Positions 1 to 9,320 of a stretch of 64,000 nt of DNA are shown here, piece after piece. The stretch covers positions 220,984 through 284,983 of IMG/VR virus record IMGVR_UViG_3300046516_001816. One strand, 5' to 3'. Each line of letters starts with the position of its first letter. Within the stretch, counting starts at the first letter, position 1. The position numbers and the translations under genes were made by a program. The notes below the pieces were generated by a model. That model was not told the DNA's origin and searched no databases. It saw only the letters and a list, made by a program, of their open reading frames with translations.

Positions 1-159
1 TTCCACGTGGGCACCATCCACAAGGACGTGCGCTATATGCGTGAGAAAACCACGCTGCTCGACGGCTACGTGTCCCGTGTCCCCAAGGACATCGTCGTGA
101 GCAAGATCCGTCGTGTGCGCGGCGGCATTCCTGAAGTCACCGTTCAACGTCTGCACTAA
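1..159 (+). CDS. hypothetical protein, 5'-truncated by window edge
   Basis: Frame 1 is open from base 1 to TAA at 157-159, with phage-like codon usage; the next gene's RBS follows. Confidence 0.7.
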   Translation, partial: FHVGTIHKDVRYMREKTTLLDGYVSRVPKDIVVSKIRRVRGGIPEVTVQRLH

Positions 160-168
160 GGAACAGAC

Positions 169-378
169 ATGTCGTTTCAACTGATCGCTGTCTTTGCCGT
201 TGTGGCTGCGCTTGCCCTCGCCCTGGGCATCTCGCTTCGCTGGAACACTCGCCAGAAGAAGCGCGCGCAGTTGATTGCGTCTCGCGACAGCGCGCTGTCG
301 ATGTTGTATTCGAAGTCCCCGCTCTCCGAGGCGGAGTACTTTCGTCGTCGAGTGGAACTCGCTCGTCAAGTGCATTAA
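169..378 (+). CDS. small membrane protein (N-terminal TM helix)
   Basis: AAGGA RBS; hydrophobic LIAVFAVVAALALALGISL followed by basic residues. Confidence 0.75.
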   Translation: MSFQLIAVFAVVAALALALGISLRWNTRQKKRAQLIASRDSALSMLYSKSPLSEAEYFRRRVELARQVH

Positions 379-441
379 GGTTTTTCAGTCGTACATTCCC
401 CGAAGTCGTACACACTAAACTCATTAAGAAGGAAACTGAAC

Positions 442-1422
442 ATGCATAAGAACGTCCAAATCGTCTCGATCGCTGACATCCAGGGCAAGCTGCCGCGTCT
501 GCCGTTCGTCAATATCCTCGGCACGATCGCACCGGCCGACACCCTCGATCGCCTGCCCACCCATATGGTCGAGCTGGCCAACACCAAGTCGGCGTCACGC
601 GCGGTCGTGTTCCTGCGTTTCGAAAAGAACACGCTGCGCAGCGGTGAGCACGACCTCGGCACCTCGGTGATGTTCGTCAAGGGCTGGCTGGAAAAGATGG
701 TCAAGGAACTGAACGCCACGCAAAACGGCGACAACCAGTTCACGATCGCCTACCAGGCAGCCTACGCGGGCTGGACGCCGCCGCAGTCGCGCTATCCGCA
801 CACGCCGGATACGTATCCGCACAACACGATGCCGGGTCAGCGTCCGTTGGCGTGGCCGGATACCCGCTATGGTGCGCCCGGTGGTTTCCGTCCGGCTGGA
901 TACGTGGGTATGGGTGGTCGTCCGGGTTATGCTCCGGATCAGGCCTTCCGTGCTGCGCCGGACTTTTCGGAACAAACGCTCTACGCGCTGGCCGAGGGCT
1001 TTGTGCAGCAGTTGACCGATCCGTACCCGATGGATCCGAAGCAAACCCACTTCGCGGTCAGCATGTACCCGACCAAGGACGGTGTACCGAATATCTCCGG
1101 CAGCGGACGCCTGGGTTATGGTGTGTCGTTCGAGTTCTCGGAAGTGGTCGACCTGGAAGCGCACGACCGGTCGGTGGAGGCGTACAAGGAAAACGAGCAC
1201 AACACGTACGACACGTACCTTGCTGTCTTCCAGCATCTCGGCAAGGGGTATACGGTGAGCTTCACGCACCAGATGCTCGGCGCGCGTCTGCCGGAATTCA
1301 TTACCGACGACGCATTGCAAACCGCGTTCAATACGCTGTGGTGTGACTTCTGGACCAAGCTCACGGGTGCAGAGGTCCGCGGTCCGAAGACGCTCACCTT
1401 CATCAAGCAGAATCAGAAGTAA
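442..1422 (+). CDS. hypothetical protein with central Pro/Gly/Tyr-rich linker
   Basis: 326 aa ORF, AAGGA RBS, followed by a terminator. Confidence 0.8.
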   Translation: MHKNVQIVSIADIQGKLPRLPFVNILGTIAPADTLDRLPTHMVELANTKSASRAVVFLRFEKNTLRSGEHDLGTSVMFVKGWLEKMVKELNATQNGDNQFTIAYQAAYAGWTPPQSRYPHTPDTYPHNTMPGQRPLAWPDTRYGAPGGFRPAGYVGMGGRPGYAPDQAFRAAPDFSEQTLYALAEGFVQQLTDPYPMDPKQTHFAVSMYPTKDGVPNISGSGRLGYGVSFEFSEVVDLEAHDRSVEAYKENEHNTYDTYLAVFQHLGKGYTVSFTHQMLGARLPEFITDDALQTAFNTLWCDFWTKLTGAEVRGPKTLTFIKQNQK

Positions 1423-1440
1423 GTAACACTCGTTGTAAGA

Positions 1441-1470
1441 GAGCGGCCTGACCAGCCGCTTTCTTTTTTT
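1441..1470 (+). terminator. rho-independent terminator
   Basis: AGCGGC/GCCGCT stem followed by a T-tract. Confidence 0.7.
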
Positions 1471-1495
1471 CTTACATCAATTCGAAGGCCGAGAT

Positions 1496-1912
1496 ATGTT
1501 AGCCGCCCCTCAAACTGCAAGCATTGTTCCCGGTAGATTTAATCGGGAGATTGAAGCACTCAATGATGACGCGCTGGACCATATCGAGACGCTCTGGTAC
1601 TCGGGCACGCCCCGTATCATCTTCTCGGGCTGGATCAAGCTCGCCTTGGATAGCCTCGCAGGCATTAAGGCATCCCATTGGGTCAAGCAGTTCCAACTCT
1701 ACAAAGCGCAAGACATCGCGCTGAAGTCGGGTGAGAAGGTTAGCGCTCTGCGCTTCGTGATGCTGGCGGTTCCTCCGGAATGCACCGGTGACCCCGTCGA
1801 CTTTACACGCGAGCAAGAACGCGAGTTTCACATGCGAATCCGTACCTATCAGTGCTTCCTCAGGGTAGACGACCTGGGCCGCATTGTGGAGATCGTTCAG
1901 TCGCCCCATTAA
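1496..1912 (+). CDS. hypothetical protein
   Basis: 138 aa ORF in the co-oriented gene string. Confidence 0.7.
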   Translation: MLAAPQTASIVPGRFNREIEALNDDALDHIETLWYSGTPRIIFSGWIKLALDSLAGIKASHWVKQFQLYKAQDIALKSGEKVSALRFVMLAVPPECTGDPVDFTREQEREFHMRIRTYQCFLRVDDLGRIVEIVQSPH

Positions 1913-1942
1913 ACGAAGCTAGAACAAGAGGAGAATAAACCA

Positions 1943-2461
1943 ATGCAGTCCACCGCCACTAAGCTGCGCATCAAGTTTAACAAAGTACGGCGGGACACCC
2001 GCTGGAAGAAACCCAATGCCCGTTTCATTTTGATCAGTCGTGATTTGCGTGAACCGACGGCGGTCCCGTGGCAACCGCTGATCGAGACATGCTACCAGGA
2101 TTACGCTGACTTTATGAAGCGGGGTTGGCACAAAGGACACGTCTACGTCTTCCCCATACGTGGACGTCAACCCGGTGTGGTGTATGACCAGCTGATGGAT
2201 CGGCTGGCACCGGAGCAATCGCCGGAAGAAGACCTCGACACTGATCTGTTAGGACTCGACGCACTTCATCCCTTCGCCTCCACAGGGGGTGAGCTTCGCA
2301 GTCGCAAGCAGATGTTGAGCACACAGGTGAAGGCACCGGTCGAAATCCTCAATGCCGATGGCACGAAAGGCGTCATCGTTCGCCAGGTTACCCCGAGCCT
2401 GGATGAAGAGATGGCACGTCTGAACGCCAGTCTTTCTATCAAAGGGCCGACCCGTGAGTGA
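1943..2461 (+). CDS. hypothetical protein with N-terminal basic motif KxRIxxNKxRR
   Basis: GAGGAG RBS; N-terminus KLRIKFNKVRR. Confidence 0.75.
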   Translation: MQSTATKLRIKFNKVRRDTRWKKPNARFILISRDLREPTAVPWQPLIETCYQDYADFMKRGWHKGHVYVFPIRGRQPGVVYDQLMDRLAPEQSPEEDLDTDLLGLDALHPFASTGGELRSRKQMLSTQVKAPVEILNADGTKGVIVRQVTPSLDEEMARLNASLSIKGPTRE

Positions 2462-2756
2462 CATCGCGAAGTTGTTTGTCTGGAATGGCGAGCCGGATCT
2501 GAAGCTCAAGAATCTGGACGTCGATATGGATAAGCTCTACGAGCGTCTTAAGGCAGAGATGGCCAAGCGCCATGCGATCGGTCAGTCGATGTTTTTCAGC
2601 AAGACGCTCCCCGATCTGTCTGAAATCTTCATCGGCGTGGACCCCGGTGATCAGGTCAACCGTCCCACGATCATGAAGGTGTTGAAAGCCAAGCCCCAGG
2701 GTGGCGAACGTCTCCAGTTCGTTGTCCTGGATTCGTATTGTGGTTTCAAGGAATAA
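2454..2756 (+). CDS. hypothetical protein
   Basis: GTG start overlapping the end of the previous ORF; 100 aa. Confidence 0.7.
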   Translation: MSDIAKLFVWNGEPDLKLKNLDVDMDKLYERLKAEMAKRHAIGQSMFFSKTLPDLSEIFIGVDPGDQVNRPTIMKVLKAKPQGGERLQFVVLDSYCGFKE

Positions 2757-2758
2757 TA

Positions 2759-3313
2759 ATGCTCAGCAAACAAACCAAGGAACGCATCCACAAGAACAAG
2801 CAACGTCGACGGATGTTTCGTAACAAGTCAGCACGGGATCTCTTTCTGTCGCTCTACAGCGATCCGCATATCGCTCGACCGAATCGCAACGGCCTGAATT
2901 TCATGGCGCATCTACGCGAGCACATCAAGGGCGGCATGATGTCGGGTGATCTGTTTGTGATGCCTGCATTGGTCCGTCCCAGTCAATGTAAGTCGGACCT
3001 CGTGGGGTCTGAGGGCCGTCGCGCCCTGATGACTGGTGGTAAGTCTCTCATCGCCACGAAAGACCCCTATTCGGTCGTACTCGACAACGACACGTTGCTC
3101 AAGGGTGGCGACCTCCGGCAGATTTTCACCCGCATGCACGCGCAGCAACAGGTGCGGATGTTGGATGAGGCGCATATGGCGCCGCGCATGATTGTCCATC
3201 CGGATGGCCGCAAAGAAATCATCGGCTGGAGTTACGTCGATGGTCCGTATGACAGGAATAACAAGGAAAACAAAGATGCTCAGCAGTCAAGTGAAAGCAC
3301 GAATCGCCCGTAA
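2759..3313 (+). CDS. hypothetical protein with N-terminal basic motif KxRIxxNKxRR
   Basis: AAGGA RBS before ATG 2759; MLSKQTKERIHKNKQRRR. Confidence 0.75.
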   Translation: MLSKQTKERIHKNKQRRRMFRNKSARDLFLSLYSDPHIARPNRNGLNFMAHLREHIKGGMMSGDLFVMPALVRPSQCKSDLVGSEGRRALMTGGKSLIATKDPYSVVLDNDTLLKGGDLRQIFTRMHAQQQVRMLDEAHMAPRMIVHPDGRKEIIGWSYVDGPYDRNNKENKDAQQSSESTNRP

Positions 3314-3677
3314 TAAGAACCGGCGGCGTTATCGCCTGAAGCTTAAGCAGGATGGTCAGGACTGGATGGACTTTAGCCAAACGTTGCGTTCACGGTTGCC
3401 TGCTGGTCTAGCCCGCATCAAAAGACAGGCGGACGGCGCCATGGAGATTGACTTCCCGCTCAGTACGTCAGACGACAGCACCAACCCCAACAACTGTCTG
3501 ACCTGTGACCATCACCAAAACCCCGACGGCGGGCACTGCTATATGTTCCGTGACGCCCCCACGGAAGTCTGCATGCAGCACACGGGTCGCCAGATGCCGG
3601 GCTTCTTGAAGGAGTTCTACGCTGACATGATGCCTCGGCTTCCGGATGACCAGTGGAAGGTGTTGTTCAAGGGTTAA
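3276..3677 (+). CDS. hypothetical protein with N-terminal basic motif and Cys/His cluster
   Basis: AAGGA RBS before ATG 3276; MLSSQVKARIARNKNRRR; CLTCDH..HC..C..H is a putative metal site. Confidence 0.7.
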   Translation: MLSSQVKARIARNKNRRRYRLKLKQDGQDWMDFSQTLRSRLPAGLARIKRQADGAMEIDFPLSTSDDSTNPNNCLTCDHHQNPDGGHCYMFRDAPTEVCMQHTGRQMPGFLKEFYADMMPRLPDDQWKVLFKG

Positions 3678-3713
3678 GCTGTTCTTTCAATTAAACTAAA
3701 CCAAGGAAACAGA

Positions 3714-5126
3714 GTGAAAAACGAACTCACGATCAGCAAATTGATGATGATGGAAATGCCGGGTTACCGTGAGCAGTACCGACGTATCTATACGGGCTCG
3801 GGTGATCACGTCGGGATTCACCAGTTCGCTGAAACGATCAATACCCTGGATGACGTCGAAGTCACCGGGGCGATCGCCGCGCAGCACGTCCACAAAGTGT
3901 TGCGCTTTGCGGACCAACCCGAACCGAGTGCGCCGATTCCCTTTGGCTGGGACGCGCCACGGTATTCGTTCTTGCTGGTGGTGGAAACGAAAACGCCGAT
4001 GGGCAGCAAAGAGATCACGCATCTGGCTGGTTACACCGACCGCGTGGCGCCGATTGGCGAGCTGGAGTTTCATATCAACAGCACAGCGACCTGGCGAGAA
4101 ATGCCTAATCGCGACGGCAGCGGCTACACGCTCATGTCGCAAGATCACCTGCACATGGATCCGAACGGTCAAGCGCTCTCGGGCGGGAATTACTCGGAGT
4201 TGATGCGCCCGAAGGATATCTTCTCGCGGCTGTCGCTGGGTGACGGACTGGCCATGGAAGAGGTGATCGATTTGCGCACCCGTGTCTCGGCGTATGCGAC
4301 GCGTTCGGACCGCTACAATGTCGTGCCGTCGGCGTGGCTTTCCAAGCTGGTGGAAGCATATCTGTCGGCGCTGCAAGATGAACTGGCCGCCAATGAAAGC
4401 ACGGGGCTCTGGCACGTGTGTCAGGTTCACGCTGAAGAAACCCCGATCCGTTACAATCCGGTCCTCAGTGCCTTGGCGCAATTGGCAGCCAAACAAAACG
4501 GCACGTTCACCTTCGACGATCTGAAACTCCTCGATAGCGAAGTCGCTGAGAAGACGACCGTTGCCAACCAGGGTAGTGATGACGCCAATGCAAAACTGAT
4601 CTACTCGAACAATTATGAGGACTGGGACGTCGCAGTCGGGGAAGGCGAAGTCAGTCACGCTACGATTGCTTATGCGGCTGGCATGGCGTTACCACCCGTG
4701 ATGAATGAGGCGGGGTTGTCCAGTGCGCATTTCGTGGTGCTGTATTCGCCGGACAGTCCGGCGAGCGTCGAAGTGCGCATCATCACAGTGAGCCCGATCT
4801 TTGCAACAAGCGATCTGAAAGCCGCGATTGATTTGTTTGTGTACGAGTTTGAAACGCTGGTCTTGCCGCAACTCGCGCCGCGCGATTACGAAGGCATCGA
4901 AACGTTGTTCCTCGAGATCGACGCGGATCTCTACGGCACCACTGCGGTACGGGTGGCGCTGGATAAGCCCGAGAACACCAAGACGTTTTTGTTGCCCTCG
5001 TTTGCGGATTCGCTGCTGAGCCCGCTGCTGACCATCGAAGCCTGCAACACCACCAAGGACTTTATGGATCTCACGATCCTCGCCCGGGAGCTGGAAGCCG
5101 GACTGTCTCGGTTGACGGTGAAGTAG
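3714..5126 (+). CDS. phiKZ gp68-like non-virion RNA polymerase specificity (sigma-like) subunit homolog
   Basis: Blocks ISKLMMMEMPGYREQYRRIY, RYSFLLVVE, LAGYTD, FHINS, LMRPKDIF and PSFADSLLSPLLT match the recalled pattern of gp68-family proteins; 470 aa. Confidence 0.6.
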   Translation: MKNELTISKLMMMEMPGYREQYRRIYTGSGDHVGIHQFAETINTLDDVEVTGAIAAQHVHKVLRFADQPEPSAPIPFGWDAPRYSFLLVVETKTPMGSKEITHLAGYTDRVAPIGELEFHINSTATWREMPNRDGSGYTLMSQDHLHMDPNGQALSGGNYSELMRPKDIFSRLSLGDGLAMEEVIDLRTRVSAYATRSDRYNVVPSAWLSKLVEAYLSALQDELAANESTGLWHVCQVHAEETPIRYNPVLSALAQLAAKQNGTFTFDDLKLLDSEVAEKTTVANQGSDDANAKLIYSNNYEDWDVAVGEGEVSHATIAYAAGMALPPVMNEAGLSSAHFVVLYSPDSPASVEVRIITVSPIFATSDLKAAIDLFVYEFETLVLPQLAPRDYEGIETLFLEIDADLYGTTAVRVALDKPENTKTFLLPSFADSLLSPLLTIEACNTTKDFMDLTILARELEAGLSRLTVK

Positions 5127-5235
5127 TGCGACCCCCGCTTGGTCTTTGACCCCCAAGCGGGTTAAGGGACTCCATGATAAGTCAATACTTTCATGGATCC
5201 CCTTTTTTTATGACGCACACTCACAAGGAGCTAGC

Positions 5236-5637
5236 ATGAATACCGGGATGTTGCAGTTTGTTCCTACGGCCGATACGTTAATTCCCACCACCGAGAGCGC
5301 GGTGTTAGCCGCGATCAGTACGTACGCCGGCGCTGAGATTGCGGGCAGCAGCGAGCATATCGACGAAGCGTTTCAGATGCTCAAATCGATGGCGATCACG
5401 CAGCTCAATCTAGTGGATGGCAGTTTCGCGTACTACTACTATTTTGATGATAACAACAATGCCTTTCTGGTGTTAGCGGGACCCGCCGGCATGCAGACCC
5501 TGGATCATCATCCGCCTCAGCACGTACGCTTGCAATTGATTCTCGACCCGACGGGCACGATCCTGGGAAGTGGTGAGTGCTATATCACCAACATGCCGTT
5601 CTCTCCAGCTTCTCCCTTCTCGCCTGTTTTTTCCTAA
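5236..5637 (+). CDS. hypothetical protein
   Basis: AAGGAG RBS before ATG 5236. Confidence 0.7.
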   Translation: MNTGMLQFVPTADTLIPTTESAVLAAISTYAGAEIAGSSEHIDEAFQMLKSMAITQLNLVDGSFAYYYYFDDNNNAFLVLAGPAGMQTLDHHPPQHVRLQLILDPTGTILGSGECYITNMPFSPASPFSPVFS

Positions 5638-5661
5638 CTGATCCGACAACGAGTTAAAAAC

Positions 5662-6015
5662 ATGTCAACCAAACGCGCAGGCTGGCTCATCGGGGCAGCA
5701 GCCGTCGCAACCATTCTTATAACGAACCATTACGAAGCAGGAGCCACCAGCCAGGTGGTGTTTCACTCTGCGTTGACGCAAGGGCCCCGAGATACGCTGG
5801 ATCAGATTGTGCAGGACGCAGCCAACGATGGCGGTCAGATCGTACGCTGTGACGCCATGCAACACTGTATCGATCTGGAGAGCAAAGAAGACATGGGGGA
5901 TGCGCAATCCGGTTATTACGTGGTCTTCCCGTCGGAGCCGAAATATAAAGGCAAGCTGCAACAGTATCAGCAACGCATTCAAAACTGGATGAAGAACCGG
6001 ACAGAAAACGAATGA
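5662..6015 (+). CDS. secreted or membrane-anchored hypothetical protein
   Basis: N-terminal KR plus a hydrophobic stretch; two Cys. Confidence 0.7.
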   Translation: MSTKRAGWLIGAAAVATILITNHYEAGATSQVVFHSALTQGPRDTLDQIVQDAANDGGQIVRCDAMQHCIDLESKEDMGDAQSGYYVVFPSEPKYKGKLQQYQQRIQNWMKNRTENE

Positions 6016-6121
6016 CATACAGGCTAGGCTGGGGGCAACCCTGGCCTAGCCTTTTATGCCCCCTTTTTTCTTTCTATAAATACAAGTATTTAACCCTAAA
6101 ACAACGATTCTAGAAAAAGTC

Positions 6122-6143
6122 AAACATATATACTACCCGTGAG
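6122..6143 (+). promoter_or_regulatory. putative phage early promoter (TATATTAC-like)
   Basis: AT-rich region with TATACTAC, one mismatch to the phiKZ early consensus TATATTAC; same TATAT-N8-TGAG layout as the 27214 site. Confidence 0.5.
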
Positions 6144-6202
6144 CTTAGTCCAATGAAGACAGCTCAAACCCTTTATAACGCAATAAACCAAGGAGTAGTA
6201 AA

Positions 6203-6658
6203 ATGAACGCACTTCAAATGATCGGTCGCCGTGGCTTTGACGCAGCAACAAACGGTGCAGCGCTGGCTGCTGAAGGCATCATCGAAGGTACGGTGACGCT
6301 GGTCGATACCGCCGGCAACGTGATTGCCGAAGGCGTGCCGGCTACCTTCACCGAGACGCTCGGTGACAAGGTGAAGAAGGTCGCCACCAACAAGTACGTC
6401 ATCGGCAGCGTGGCCGCTGTCGCTGTGGCGGCTGCTGCGTACGGTACGTACCGTTTCCTGAATCGTGACAAGAAGAAGGTCACGAAGAAGGACAAGGGTC
6501 ACGACTTCATGAAGTCCGCGGAGCACGTGGTCGAGATGACGGAAGATCAGGCTGCGGAAGCGGTCGAGCTTGCTCGTGCCAACCTGCAAGCCGCAGAAGC
6601 TGTCCTCACCAAGAGCAAGGCCAAGAAGGCAGGCAAGAAGGACACCGCAGCTGCGTAA
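6203..6658 (+). CDS. small Ala/Lys-rich single-TM membrane protein
   Basis: AAACCAAGGAG leader; TM VIGSVAAVAVAAAAYGTY; basic tail. Confidence 0.85.
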   Translation: MNALQMIGRRGFDAATNGAALAAEGIIEGTVTLVDTAGNVIAEGVPATFTETLGDKVKKVATNKYVIGSVAAVAVAAAAYGTYRFLNRDKKKVTKKDKGHDFMKSAEHVVEMTEDQAAEAVELARANLQAAEAVLTKSKAKKAGKKDTAAA

Positions 6659-6723
6659 GCTAGCGGAGTAGGAACGGGGGGAGCGCTGAGCTCCCCTTCT
6701 TTCAATCAGTTGGAGAAAAGAAC

Positions 6724-6921
6724 ATGAACGGTCTGAAGGCTTTTGGCATTGGCGTAGGCGCAACAGCAGGGATCATCATCGGCGTCTATGCAGGCGTCAA
6801 GGGCATCGAGATGATCGGTTACATGGCAGCAAAGCGCGAAGGCGCAATGCAAAAGCGCATGGATAAAGAGTTTGATCGTCGGGTCGACGAAGCAGTCAAG
6901 CAGAAGTTGTTCCAGGCTTAA
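6724..6921 (+). CDS. small Gly-rich membrane protein
   Basis: GGAG RBS; FGIGVGATAGIIIGVYAG. Confidence 0.75.
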   Translation: MNGLKAFGIGVGATAGIIIGVYAGVKGIEMIGYMAAKREGAMQKRMDKEFDRRVDEAVKQKLFQA

Positions 6922-6973
6922 CCTCAACACCAATAACACATCTAAACCAACTGTTAGGGAAAAGGAAATCATC

Positions 6974-7405
6974 ATGTCGAACGCACTCAAAGTAGCCGCA
7001 GCAGTCGCAGGTATCGCAGCCGTCGGTGCAGCCACGTACTACGGTCTGCGCAAGTACGAAGATCACAAGTTCAACAAGTGGGTCGATGAGAGCCACGGTA
7101 AGGCCAAGGCCAAGGTCGGCGGTGTGGAGGAGTTCAAGACCACGACCGAGAAGACGAAGGAAGATGGCAAGGTGTTCGTGAAGACGGTGTCGGTGCGCGA
7201 GACGGCGGATGCCACCACGACGATCGCGACGCATGCCACGCAGAATCGCAAGCTCGGTATGAACATGGCCAGCACGCTGACGGTCACGGTGCCGAAGGTG
7301 GAAGTGAAAGCAAAGCCGGTCGTGAAGCACGTGACCCGCAAGCCCGCCGCGAAGACCCCGGCTGTGAAGACCGCAGCCAAGCGCACCCTGAAGAAGGCTG
7401 CGTAA
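6974..7405 (+). CDS. single-TM protein with Lys/Ala-rich C-terminal tail
   Basis: AAGGA RBS; MSNALKVAAAVAGIAAVGAATYYG; KPAAKTPAVKTAAKR tail. Confidence 0.85.
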   Translation: MSNALKVAAAVAGIAAVGAATYYGLRKYEDHKFNKWVDESHGKAKAKVGGVEEFKTTTEKTKEDGKVFVKTVSVRETADATTTIATHATQNRKLGMNMASTLTVTVPKVEVKAKPVVKHVTRKPAAKTPAVKTAAKRTLKKAA

Positions 7406-7480
7406 CGTAAGCCGGCCACCTTCGGGTGGCCTTGTAGTTTTCTCCGCAATAAATCCAAACCAATCTTCAGGAGTAGCAAA

Positions 7481-7741
7481 ATGAAAGAAGCAATCAAGAC
7501 CTTCGCTTGTGTCGGTGCTTACGCAGCTGGTGTGGTAGTGGGCATGACGGTGGCAGGCCAGACCATCATCGCTATCGAAAAGCGCAGCGCGCGCAAGAAG
7601 CTGGAAAAGGCTGTGAAGGAAGGTCAGGCTGCTGCTGCGGATCTCGACACGCTCGAGAAGCGCGCCGCGATGGCCACGACCTTCGGTGGCAACGCACTCG
7701 CCATGATGGGTGCCGCCGTCGCCACGACGCACCGCAAGTAA
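7481..7741 (+). CDS. small Gly/Ala-rich membrane protein
   Basis: AGGAG RBS; FACVGAYAAGVVVGMTVAG. Confidence 0.8.
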   Translation: MKEAIKTFACVGAYAAGVVVGMTVAGQTIIAIEKRSARKKLEKAVKEGQAAAADLDTLEKRAAMATTFGGNALAMMGAAVATTHRK

Positions 7742-7824
7742 AGCGCAGTTCTCCCCCAACAACCCAGCATCCAAGCAGGCGTTCACGAAGAGCGCCTAGT
7801 TAAACACATTCAAGGAGTAGGAAC

Positions 7825-8025
7825 ATGTCGGCATTGAAAGACGTTGCAAAGTGCGCAGCCATTGGTGTAGCCGTGGGCGCAGGTGTGATCGGTGGTTTCT
7901 ACGTGGGTGGCAAGCTCTGCAATGCAAGCTTCAAGGCAGCAGACTGGACCAAGTCGAAGTTCTCGAAGAACAAGGCTGCCCAGGCCGACGCCGCACCCGC
8001 TGAGACGCAAGCCGCAGCGAGCTAA
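7825..8025 (+). CDS. small Gly-rich membrane protein
   Basis: AAGGAG RBS; AAIGVAVGAGVIGGFYVGG. Confidence 0.8.
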   Translation: MSALKDVAKCAAIGVAVGAGVIGGFYVGGKLCNASFKAADWTKSKFSKNKAAQADAAPAETQAAAS

Positions 8026-8088
8026 TCCCCCCTCTCGTAGCGTGCCGGGGTTCGCCCCGGCCGCTATGCCGTTAAACTGGAGAGCGTA

Positions 8089-8349
8089 ATGAATATCGTC
8101 TTATGGTGGTATGTGAATGATCCGCTGGGGACGATTCTCACTGCACTTTCGTTCCTGGCAGTTCTGGCAATGGTTCTGATCCCTCTGGCTATCGACCGCG
8201 TCTACGGTCATCAGACAGACGAAGAACTGGTCCAACAAATCCTGGCTGAGATTCAAGCCAAACTTAATAACAAATCCCAAACCAACGTCACTGATGAAAA
8301 CGTTCACGAACAACGAAGTCGCAACAACGATGCGCAGGTTGTACGATAG
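8089..8349 (+). CDS. single-TM hypothetical protein
   Basis: GGAG RBS; ILTALSFLAVLAMVLIPLAI. Confidence 0.65.
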   Translation: MNIVLWWYVNDPLGTILTALSFLAVLAMVLIPLAIDRVYGHQTDEELVQQILAEIQAKLNNKSQTNVTDENVHEQRSRNNDAQVVR

Positions 8350-8596
8350 CAAGGCTGTCTTTTCGCATGTGCTGAAACAGCTGACCCCGGTGGTGCAGGA
8401 CCCCACGCTGGATGACGAACTTATCACCAGCATGGAGCGTGACGCGATCGAGTTTCTGGACAAGGTCCTCCACTCGGTCGCCGGCAGTACCGTCTGGTGT
8501 AAGGCGATTGAGATTGCCTACACCCCCAACACCCTGGTGGGCTACAAGCGTGTCGCGGAATACTACCGCCGCGCTGAAGCCATCCAGGCGCTGTAA
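8294..8596 (+). CDS. hypothetical protein
   Basis: 100 aa ORF with phage-like codon usage. Confidence 0.7.
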   Translation: MKTFTNNEVATTMRRLYDSKAVFSHVLKQLTPVVQDPTLDDELITSMERDAIEFLDKVLHSVAGSTVWCKAIEIAYTPNTLVGYKRVAEYYRRAEAIQAL

Positions 8597-8662
8597 GCAG
8601 TAAGTCATAATACCCGGGCCTCTTCGGAGGTCCACACATAAACCAAGACTAGGAGCATCACC

Positions 8663-9274
8663 ATGAACGCAATCGTTAAGCAAGCTGCTGTGAAGAACGT
8701 GAAGAAGGCATCGGACGGCGTGCTGCGTATGGCCGCCAGCGCACTGAAGTTCCGTGAAGACGAATTCCGTATCGGCCAGACCACCACCGCGCAACTCGGT
8801 AACCCGGGTGACACGGACTGGACTGATGAAACGCACGCCAACGTGCCGGTCGTGATTATCGACAAGCAACGCTGCACCGTGACGTTCAAGATGTATTACC
8901 TGATCACCAAGGTGGGCGATCGGGAATACGTCGGCCGTGCGAGCGACTCACGCGGCAGCGACAGCGTCGAGGGTGACGTGTACTGCACGAACGCCCGGCG
9001 CTTTGGTAGCAAGGCGCAGAAATGGACGGGTATCACGACTTTCCTGGGCGCGGCGGACTCGCTGCATTTCACGTTGCCGATCTACGACGCGGAGATGAAC
9101 GCGCAGAAGATCACGAGCGCCCAGCTCGATGCCGCACTCCAGTGTCTGCGTGCTTACTTCGATCCGCTGATCGCGGAAGCAGAAGCCGAAGGCAACATGG
9201 AAGCGCGCCAACTGTGGGCACACGACTTCGCAGAGAAAGAGTTGATCGTGCGCCTGATGTGGCAAAACTCGTAA
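8663..9274 (+). CDS. hypothetical protein
   Basis: AGGAG RBS; 203 aa. Confidence 0.8.
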   Translation: MNAIVKQAAVKNVKKASDGVLRMAASALKFREDEFRIGQTTTAQLGNPGDTDWTDETHANVPVVIIDKQRCTVTFKMYYLITKVGDREYVGRASDSRGSDSVEGDVYCTNARRFGSKAQKWTGITTFLGAADSLHFTLPIYDAEMNAQKITSAQLDAALQCLRAYFDPLIAEAEAEGNMEARQLWAHDFAEKELIVRLMWQNS

Positions 9275-9320
9275 TTGCAGGGGTGTCATCCGGCACCCCC
9301 GTTCTTTTAAGGAGAACAAC

